A program made the translations under genes and the position numbers. From NCBI RefSeq assembly GCF_009914755.1, contig NC_060934.1: a stretch of 64,000 nt of DNA. The stretch is one strand, 5' to 3'. Source of the stretch: the human T2T-CHM13v2.0 reference genome, Homo sapiens. The notes beneath the pieces were generated by a model. That model was not told the origin of the DNA. It saw only the letters and a list, made by a program, of their open reading frames with translations, and did not search any database. Shown here piece by piece: positions 53,342-64,000 of the stretch; position 1 is the first letter of the stretch; every line of letters begins with the position of its first letter.

Positions 53342-54526
53342 AAGGAGGAAGAGGAGACGGCTAGCCGAGACGGGGACTGGACTTGTATGTGAGCCTGGCC
53401 TCTCTAGCACTACACTTAAGACTATCAGGGGCTAGGAAGAGGTCAGTCACAGCTCCGAGAAGTTAGTCAAACTGTTTGACCTGAGCAGCCAAGCCTGTGG
53501 CTCGGAGGGTACAGGATGGGCCGAAGAGTTCGTGGACCTGTGACATCATCCCCGGTCGTTCACTCCAGAGAATGGGAAAAGGTTGATCCAGCCTAAAGTC
53601 CACCTCTGCTGGGACATCTGCAGCAGGATGACCATGGAGCAGCCACCTCCCCAGAACACCCTGGCGCAGGACTGTGTACTGGGCGTGCCTACCCACATCT
53701 CACCTTTGCCAGTCCTCAGCAAATAGAAGCATCCAGCTGACAGGTCCCTGGGGATAGTGACAGGCATGGAAAGGAAAGGCAGCTGGCAAGGTGTCAAGAA
53801 TAAAAGCTGGTTGGCCCAAGCAAAGGCAGGCCACACCTGGAGCCCTCCCCATAGCCATGGTCAAGTGCCTTCTGTTTGGCTGGCCTCTCCTCACTGCTCC
53901 GTGCCCAGGCCTTCCCGGGAGGTTTTTCACCCTCCGTTAGCCACCATCTGGCGGTGTCATTGGGAGCCTGGAGGGTGGCCAGGAGCTGGCGCAGGATGGT
54001 AGCGGAGATTGCTGGCCTGTGTGCTGGGCCTGACTCGAGGGACGTCGACTCTCTCCTGATTCGATGACTGGGGAGGGTTCCAGCTGTACAGAGAGTGGCC
54101 TCCCAGGGCCGACAGATGGGCAGCCCCAGGAGGAAGCCACATGGCAGGACCATGTTGTTGTTAAACGCAGCTCATTAGGTTTTATCAGCAAGATGCTGCT
54201 CGGTTGGCAAGAACACACCTGCCCCCCCGCAGCAGTGGCCCACAGAAGCGCTGGCGGCCTTGGGCACACTTTGCTGGGGAGGCTGGAGCAGTGGGCCTGT
54301 TCTCAGGGCTTGGCAACCCCTCTTAGGCCTCAGAGGCCCCCTCTATGCATGGGGGACCTCAGGGAAAAGCTAAAGGGTATGGAGGCACACTGCACGGAGG
54401 CCAGGGAACCCACATCCCACCATCCCCGGGGATTGTCACCAGAGGACAGCCAAGATGTGGGGGCAGGGCCAACTCTCCCCACTGGCAGCTGCTGCCCCAA
54501 GGCTGGACTCTACCAACAGACCACCC

Positions 54527-54720
54527 CGAGGACCGACAAACTTTGTAAAGGCTCAGATAGTAATTATTTCAGGCCTTGCAGGCCAAGAGCTCAAAATTGA
54601 GGATACTGCGTAGGTACTTGTTAAAATATTTAAAATTTAACCATTTAGAAAGAGAAACCATTCTTAGTTCACAGGTGGTGGGCCAGATTTGGCCCTTGGG
54701 CCACAGTTTGCCAACCATGG
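54527..54720 (+). mobile_element. MER58-like hAT-Charlie MITE
   Basis: CAAACTTTGTAAAGG..CAGATAGTAA and GGGCCAGATTTGGCCC..GGGCCACAGTTTGCCAACC. Confidence 0.8.
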
Positions 54721-54752
54721 GCTTCAATCCCCTGGGTAAAGAAGCCAGCAGA

Positions 54753-55355
<603 letters not shown>

Positions 55356-56834
55356 AGCAGCAGCAGCAGCCAGCAGAAGAGGCTGCCTGCAGCTCTCCTC
55401 CAAGGATGAGCCCTCAAATCTCAATAAGGGTGCCATAAAAGAGCTGGGGGCTAGAGGAGTTGGCGCAGCTCCTGTGCATACCCACCTCTCTCATGACATC
55501 TCACCTGGGGCACTGGACCTGCCTGTGTGTGTGTCAGTCTCTCCCCAGCCACTGGCCTGGCAAGAGTAGTCGGGGAGGCTCCATCTTCCCCAGAATCCCA
55601 GTACCACCCCCACGCTATGCTGAGGACTCTTCCCCAACTCAGGACTCCCATTTGGTCCTGCGGGCTCTACGTTGCACTGTGGCCAAGCTGGCATCTCATG
55701 GTATTACTTGCCCCTCCCCAGCCCCCGCCCCACAGATTGCAGAGATGAGTCCAGAGGGTGCTACACCTGGAGATCCCAAGCTGTGCTGTAGCCCCGCTAG
55801 CCGCCCCACTAGCCCTCCCGCTGTACCATGGCCAGTGCTGGGTTGAGCTTGTCTTCCTAACTGCCTCTACTTTAAGGGGGCTTTTCTCCCAGCAAATTCC
55901 TGAGTCCATCAGGCAAATACACTTCTGGGTGGGCCCCAGTGCCCTAGCCCAGCCACATCTGAATCCACTTAGCCTCATGCTGAGACCCTCGTCACTACCT
56001 TATATTACCCACCCACCCGCATCTTACAGGAAAAACTAGCAGAAAGGGGCCTGAGCACGAGGCCAGGCATCCTGGGCTAGAACTTGGGCCGTGGGACCTC
56101 GGAGCCAGCTGCTCAGCCTCATGCAGTTCCTCCTTCCCCATCTGCTAAGTGTGGTAACTGCTGTCTGCAGCCCGGGTGCCACCCATCATCCTCTGTACGG
56201 GGATGCATACAGTGTAGGATGCATATACAGCCTGGCATGCGTTTAGTCCTCAGTGGTTGCTGATGGGATGTGCATTTGAAATGGAAGTCCAGGAAAAGGA
56301 TGAGATGCGGAGATGAGGGTGCAGAAACAGCCATGGGGAAGGCAGAGAGAGGCAATGATCCAGAGCTGGGGAGGAGGGAGCGCGGAAGAAAGCTGGGATC
56401 TGAGCGTTTGCACCTTGTTTACCAGAACAGTGCCCATTGATCTGTGGCACAAAGGTGGGGGAGGGGTGGATAGGAAGCGGGAAAGTGTGGGAGAACCATC
56501 TGACCACCTGTCACAGGTGAGACCTCAAGACAGAACCGAATCCAAGCATCCTTACAATCTCCTCCATCCCTGATTGGGAACAGACGCCTTCCCTTTGTGC
56601 ACTTGGCCAAGGGCCTCATCACCAACCTAGTGGGAGGAATTGGTGGCTTATTCCAGGCTATTCTGGAGATATACCTGTTGGCAATCAAAACGATTGTGGT
56701 GTAACTGAGTTAACGCTTTGTAAACTAGACTGCACATACTTGATTCCAAAATACAGATTCACTCATTTTTAACCAATTCTGGTGCTGTCTTTGTAAAGCC
56801 TCAAGTTAAAATAAGCATTTCAGAAAGCACTCTA

Positions 56835-57029
<195 letters not shown>

Positions 57030-57086
57030 GGTTCATAGTAGCCTTGTTTGTACAGATCAAACTGGAAATAACCCAAAAGTCCATCA

Positions 57087-57449
<363 letters not shown>

Positions 57450-57596
57450 CTACTCAACACTAAAAATGAATCATTGACGCATGCAACAGTATGAATGAAT
57501 CTTACCGATTCAAAGAGGCAAAACTCATCAATGGTGATGGAGGTTGGACTACTGTTCAGCCTCTGTTGGGTACTGGCTGATAAAGAGCACAAGGGA

Positions 57597-57925
<329 letters not shown>

Positions 57926-58289
57926 CTAGGAGTATTTTAGATCTTGATAAGGGAGTAGCCACATGGGTGTATATACATATGTAAAGATTCATCTCACTGT
58001 ACACTTAAGATTTGGGTTCTCAAATTCACTTTTAAGTTAAACCTCAATTTAAAAATATTATTCTTCCAAAAAAATCCTGTAAGAGTTGTTAAAGGGTTTG
58101 CACAAGGACAATCCAAGGAACATCCTTATCATAGCACTGGTTTCCCAGGCTATGTACAAGACCCAGGTGAGTACAAGACCATCAAACCAGCCCTTAGTCC
58201 CCCTTGTCTGTGTACCAGCTCTCAATTGCCATAGTTCCTGTACTATGGGTGGTAGCTTTTGCTCCCTGTTCCTTCTCTTTGTTAGGATG

Positions 58290-58770
58290 GCTTCAGTTGG
58301 GATGGCTTTGGCTGCAAATAACACCCAAACAAACGTGGTTTGAACAGTAGAGGTTTTCATCTCATATAACAAGAAGTCTGGAGGTGGAGGTTTGAGGGGA
58401 GGTTCACAGCTCCGCAGCATCGGGGCTGCACGACACATTCTCTGAGAATCTATTGTGTTAACCTTGCCCTCCTGATTCCAACACAGTTGCTGCAGGCATC
58501 ACTTCCCCAAACAACTGCATCCCAAAATCTGAAGTTGGGGGAGGGGTTCTCATCTAAATCAAGACCCCAAGAGACTTCCCTCAAGTCTTATTGGCTAGAG
58601 CTGGTCACATGCCCAGCCCTAATGCTCTTGTAGGCCAAGGGATGAGGGTTGGGCCAGAGATTCACCCCCACCGAGCATGTTGTGCCCTGTATCTGACCAC
58701 ATTTGAGGTTCTGTTGGAAGGAAGATGGAAGAAGTGGATGTTGGGTTGGAAACCAACTGAGCTGCCAGGC
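58290..58770 (-). mobile_element. old MLT1 LTR
   Basis: TTTGGCTGCAAATAACA..AAC and TTATTGGCTAGAGCTGGTCACATGCCC motifs. Confidence 0.6.
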
Positions 58771-59519
58771 CTTGTTGGTTTTTCTGTTTTTGAGCTTCTG
58801 CATTATTTTTAACTGGAGATATTATACTGTCAAAACAAGTGAGTCATCATGCCCTTCTAACTGAAGCCTGGTGAATTTTTAATACTTCATCCAAATTCCC
58901 AGGGAGGACACAGATGCATGCATGGGATAAGGCAAGGAAATGTTAGGCTGCCCTTGGAAGGCTTGATGTCATCACAGCAGGAGCTGGAATGCTGTGTTTA
59001 TGGAGAGGGGCTGGGCAAGGGACCACTGCGTAGGGACTTGGTAACTGACGACGTGTATTCATTCACTAAGTGACAAGCACTCCACTAAGACAGAAGGGAA
59101 ACAGTCCATAAAACATTGAGGGGAAAAAAACAAATTGAATTGTCCAAATACTTCTTACATGACCCCAACACGGAGGGGAGCTTCTCCTGACCCCTACTGG
59201 TCAGTGAAATGGTTCGAGAAGCCATGGGAACACCAGGCCCAGAAGCAGGATACCAGCATTCTGACCGTAGCTGAGCCACTCGCTCTGGGCCTCAGTTTCC
59301 TCACTTGTAGAATCAGCATTTGGTGTCAAGGTCAAGATCCTTGCAGCTCTGATCTTCTGTGACTGTAACCTCGCACAGCAATGGCAAGCAGGATCTAAAG
59401 GTCTGAAACCAGCAGCCTTCTGGATCCTGGTCATTTGATTTAGACTGATGAAAATAATGCAGTGGTGATGGTGGTGGTGATGATGATGATGGTGATCATG
59501 ATACCCAGCATGCTGAGCC

Positions 59520-59662
59520 CTCGCTCAAAGCCCTTGCCATGCTTTGGTCTACACATATTACCTCATTTAATTCCCTCAGAAACTATGGAGTAGTTATGTT
59601 TATTATCCCCATGTAACAGATGAGGCAGCTGAGGCTTAGGGAAGCTCTTGGCTAAGGTCACT
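59520..59662 (-). mobile_element. MIR (resumes at ~61409-61455)
   Basis: TATCCCCATGTAACAGATGAGGCAGCTGAGGC core. Confidence 0.75.
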
Positions 59663-60090
59663 TTTGTCACGCCAAACCCCTATCAGCTCCCATGGGGATG
59701 GCACCAGTTTCAACAGGCTGAAGAAGAGATCCAGAGCCAACAAATGAGACATGGGATTTTATCAGGGGCTATATACAGGGGAGAGAGTCCAGGGGCAGTG
59801 GGCTGGACAGGAGAACCACAACCACTTACAAAATGCATGCACTTTATACAGCATTTTCACTTAGCACCCTCCCCCTAATGATCTCCACCTGCCAACCTAC
59901 ATCTAGCCCAACTCAAAGGGCCTCAATCCCCTGTATGGCCCACGCTCCACAGAACAGGCTGGGTGCTCAGATGTTCCTCATAGATAAGGAATGGATCTCC
60001 ATGTAGGCCACTCCCAGATTCTTCGCTGGGAGCTCCAAACTGCACTCAAGTGCATCTGTCATACAGGGTCATTCTCAGGGTCTGCTTAAG

Positions 60091-60974
<884 letters not shown>

Positions 60975-61018
60975 GGTATGCTTAAGTTATTGTTATCAAA
61001 TGAATTTGCCACACTACT

Positions 61019-61409
61019 TATTATAGACTGAATTGTGTTCCCCGTATCCCCACCCCCCATTCCTATGTTGAAGCCCTGACCTCCAATGTGACTATATTTG
61101 GAGACAGGACCTTTAGGAAGTAATTAAGGTTAAATGAAGTTATAAGGGTGGGACCTCAGTGCAATATGACTGGTGTCCTTATATAAGAAGAGAAAGAGAC
61201 AAGGGGGGCGCACTCATAAAGAAGAAAAGCCATGTGAGGACACAGCAAGAAGGCACGGTCTGTAAGCCAAGGAGAGGCCTCAGGAGAAACCAACCCTACC
61301 CATACTTGACCTTGACTTCCAGCCTCCAGAACTGTGAGAAAATAAATGTCTGTTGTTTAAGCCCCCCAGTCTGTGCTATTTGTTATGGCAGCCCAAGTTG
61401 ACCAAGACA
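61019..61409 (+). mobile_element. MLT1B-like MaLR LTR
   Basis: TTATAGACTGAATTGTGTTCCCC...TGTTATGGCAGCCC..AAGACA. Confidence 0.88.
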
Positions 61410-61799
61410 TCACCCAATGGCAGAACCAGCATTTGAACGAGACAATCTGACTCCATGGTAGGCCTTCATCATCTACAATTGAACCCTTTGATTGGAGAGA
61501 TGGGTAGGAGGCATCCTCATGGCTGGGTCTGTGTGTACAAAGTATACAGAGTGTAAGATCTTACCCGCTTCCCTCCTTACTCTACGTAACAAAAAACAAT
61601 CCACCTGGGACTAGCCAAGACCCATGCTTTGGATGGAAATGGTTCCAGGGAAATATGGGCCAGTGTTCAGTGGGTGGATAGAACCATCTGGGTAATTTGC
61701 AGAGCTGGGTCCTGCCTAAAATGGCTGTAGGCACCAAAGAGATTTGGGTAAGAGATTTAAAATGGTATCACCATCTGCTTCCCAGGGAATGGTCTTGGA

Positions 61800-61980
61800 T
61801 GCTGCTCAAACTAAACAGACCCGGATTTCAGCCCTGCCTTCCCTCAGGTGTCGGACCTTGGACAAGTCACTTCACCCTCTGCACCTCAGTCTCCCCATCT
61901 GTCACATGGAAATAATCATTCTGACTCTAGAGCAGTGTTTTGAGGATGAAAGCAGATACACTGTGGGAAACTGCTTCATA
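61800..61980 (+). mobile_element. MIR
   Basis: GACCTTGGACAAGTCACTTCACCCTCTGCACCTCAGTCTCCCCATCTGT. Confidence 0.75.
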
Positions 61981-62769
61981 GATGGTCTTAATTCAGTAAC
62001 ACTTCACCCAAGGGACCACCTGAAATCCCCCCTTAGCTTCATCAAAGCAATGCCCACAGTTACAGATCCCCTGGCAGGCAGTCGCCAGTCCTTTCTGGAA
62101 GGAGCTGGGTATAAATTAGAGATCACAGCCTCTCGGATCAGCTGCCATTCTGGCTCTCACCCCTGCCTGCAGGATCTGGCCCGGCTCTCCTCAGAGCGCT
62201 GCTCTGAGGGGGTCTCTGCCTACCCTGCAGTGCTTACCTCTTGCCCCTAGCTTTCCTTCCCCCAGACAGCAAATGCTCCTTGGGCTGGTGTTGAGGGGAT
62301 GCTCTGGAAGGACTCCCAGAAAGTGGCCTTCCCACTGACCTTGAAAGCCTAGAGCTGACCACACCCAAGTCCCAACCCCCAAGCCCCAGCCCCACTGAGC
62401 ACATCCATACCATGTTGGAGGCTGTAAGAAGCTGTGTGAAGCAGCCCTATCTTCATAGCAGGGTCCCGCCCTGCTTGGGGAACTGAGCCAGTTTCCTTGG
62501 CTCCCCTCCTGGGGCCCCACCCTCCCTGCCACCACTCACATACAATTTGGCCACATTCCCAAGGCCACATGTGGCACTGGGCTTTCTCTCCCTTCCCCAA
62601 CCCCTCTCAGAGGAACCCTAGCCAGGGCCAGCCTAAGCTAGCAGCCATGGATAGATGACATCCAATTGCAAGCATTTCTTTGCCTGGGATACCTGGGGCT
62701 CAGCTGGAAGAGCAGAGGCGAGCCAGCCCTGGAGCCAGCCAGCCAGCATGTCAATCAAGCCACCATTTT

Positions 62770-62925
62770 CTAGCCCATGGCTTTGGCAAGTCACTCCTCT
62801 GCAAGCTCTGTTTTCCTCATCAGTAAAAATGGAGATACCAATCGCACCCACATCATGAGGGCTGCTGTGAGGATTAAATGAGACAACGCAGGAAAATGCT
62901 TAGCACAGGGCAGGGAGTAGGTGCG
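62770..62925 (+). mobile_element. MIR
   Basis: TTTTCCTCATCAGTAAAAATGGAGATA..GTGAGGATTAAATGAGA. Confidence 0.75.
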
Positions 62926-63158
62926 AAACAGATGTTGGTCAGCTCTGATACAGGGCCTGGGCTCAGAAGAACAGCAAGCTTCCCAGGGCACAAAATATAA
63001 GTCTGAGAGTGAGGGCTTCCTTCAATTTTGTGCCAGATGCCTTGCTTATCTAGTCCCAGTCCTGCTCTGTTAACGTGTGCAGGTGACACAGAGATGCAAA
63101 AAACCTTGAATCACTGGACATTGGTGTCAACCTCCAGGAAGAAGAGAAAGAAACAGGC

Positions 63159-63177
63159 TCGCCTGCAGGGGGCGCAG
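63159..63177 (+). promoter_or_regulatory. CTCF motif
   Basis: TCGCCTGCAGGGGGCGCAG, with intact CAGGGGGCGC core. Confidence 0.55.
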
Positions 63178-63529
63178 TTCCCAGCTCCTGCACCACTTTC
63201 CTCACCTCACTTCCTGGGGCTGTGTTCTCATCTGAAGGGCTAATTGGGTTGGTCCCTCCCCACCATCCCCATCCCAGAGTTGTGTGGAGACCATATAAGA
63301 TAAGGGAGTGAAGGGGCTTTGTATTCTATGGTGGGCTGGACCACTCAAAACATGACGTCCATGACTAGGATCCTTTCCATTCAGCTTCTTCTCCCCAGCT
63401 CAGCCCCATTCCTAACAAGTTGGAAGTCCAGGTATTTAAGGTTTCCATTAAACACATTCAGCTACCACTTGATTCTCTTGCTTCATACCTTTGTAGCTGA
63501 GAAAAAGAAAGCAAAATTATCCAAAACCT

Positions 63530-63845
63530 AAGTTGGTAATTAAGTGCTCCACAGCAAGACTCACTGGTCTCACTTCCAATTTAATTTTTTAAACCACCAC
63601 CACAAATCACCAATCACCACTTTCACTGACTTAAATTGTAGGGAAAATCAAGGAACAGCTCGGATTTTAATCAATGTTTGCTTCGACCATGAAAAAAGAG
63701 GTTCCTCTTTTGCTTGTCTCTAATCAGGAGTGTTAATTATCTGGTTACATGCTAGCAAATTAATTATGAACTAATGAAGTTAGGAAGTCATTTGTTAAGG
63801 AAAACTGATTACATATTGTTAGCTCTGGGGGATTAAATGGAAAAC
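63530..63845. promoter_or_regulatory. candidate conserved developmental enhancer (homeodomain motif cluster)
   Basis: Repeat-free AT-rich block in GC-rich surroundings, with three TAATTA plus TAATCA, TGATTA, GGATTA, ATCAAT, TTATCT and TAAGTG. Confidence 0.5.
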
Positions 63846-64000
63846 CACTGTCATGAAAGCAGCTTTAAAAACTAGACCCCATATTTGATCTGAGAGGTTG
63901 CCCAGCTGAAAGGATGAATAATGAAGGTGTCCATGGCCCAAAGGCCACCATCACTGCACCCTCCAGACCAGAGGGACCATTTATCTGCTTCACCAGTTCC

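Overview
Primate (human-like) non-coding genomic DNA, either intergenic or deep intronic. I find no credible protein-coding exon, tRNA, rRNA or CRISPR array, and I cannot name the locus. Roughly half the window is interspersed repeats. These include about 38 Alu copies or monomers, L1PB/L1PA/L1M fragments, a 5'-truncated SVA, solo LTRs (LTR12C, LTR10-like, MER4-like, LTR47-like, MLT1 MaLRs), DNA-transposon fossils (a hAT-Tip100/Zaphod-like transposase remnant, Tigger3, MER53, MER58, MER5), MIR and L2. The longer ORFs in the track are Alu-, LTR- or L1-derived, or chance ORFs. The most notable items are: (1) an SVA and an L1PA7-like element sharing one target site, with three identical 17-bp TSD copies; (2) a full LTR12C followed 48 bp later by a strong splice donor, a candidate LTR-driven lncRNA; (3) an LTR10 AP-1 repeat array split by an AluY; (4) a 70-nt U3 snoRNA retro-pseudogene; (5) a five-layer nested insertion; (6) a template-switch perfect hairpin inside an Alu; (7) repeat-free homeodomain-motif clusters and RFX/CTCF motifs that look like enhancers or insulators. 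I do not see evidence for a genuinely new biological system. Subfamily names come from recalled consensus sequences and need RepeatMasker/Dfam confirmation. Boundaries of old repeats are approximate.
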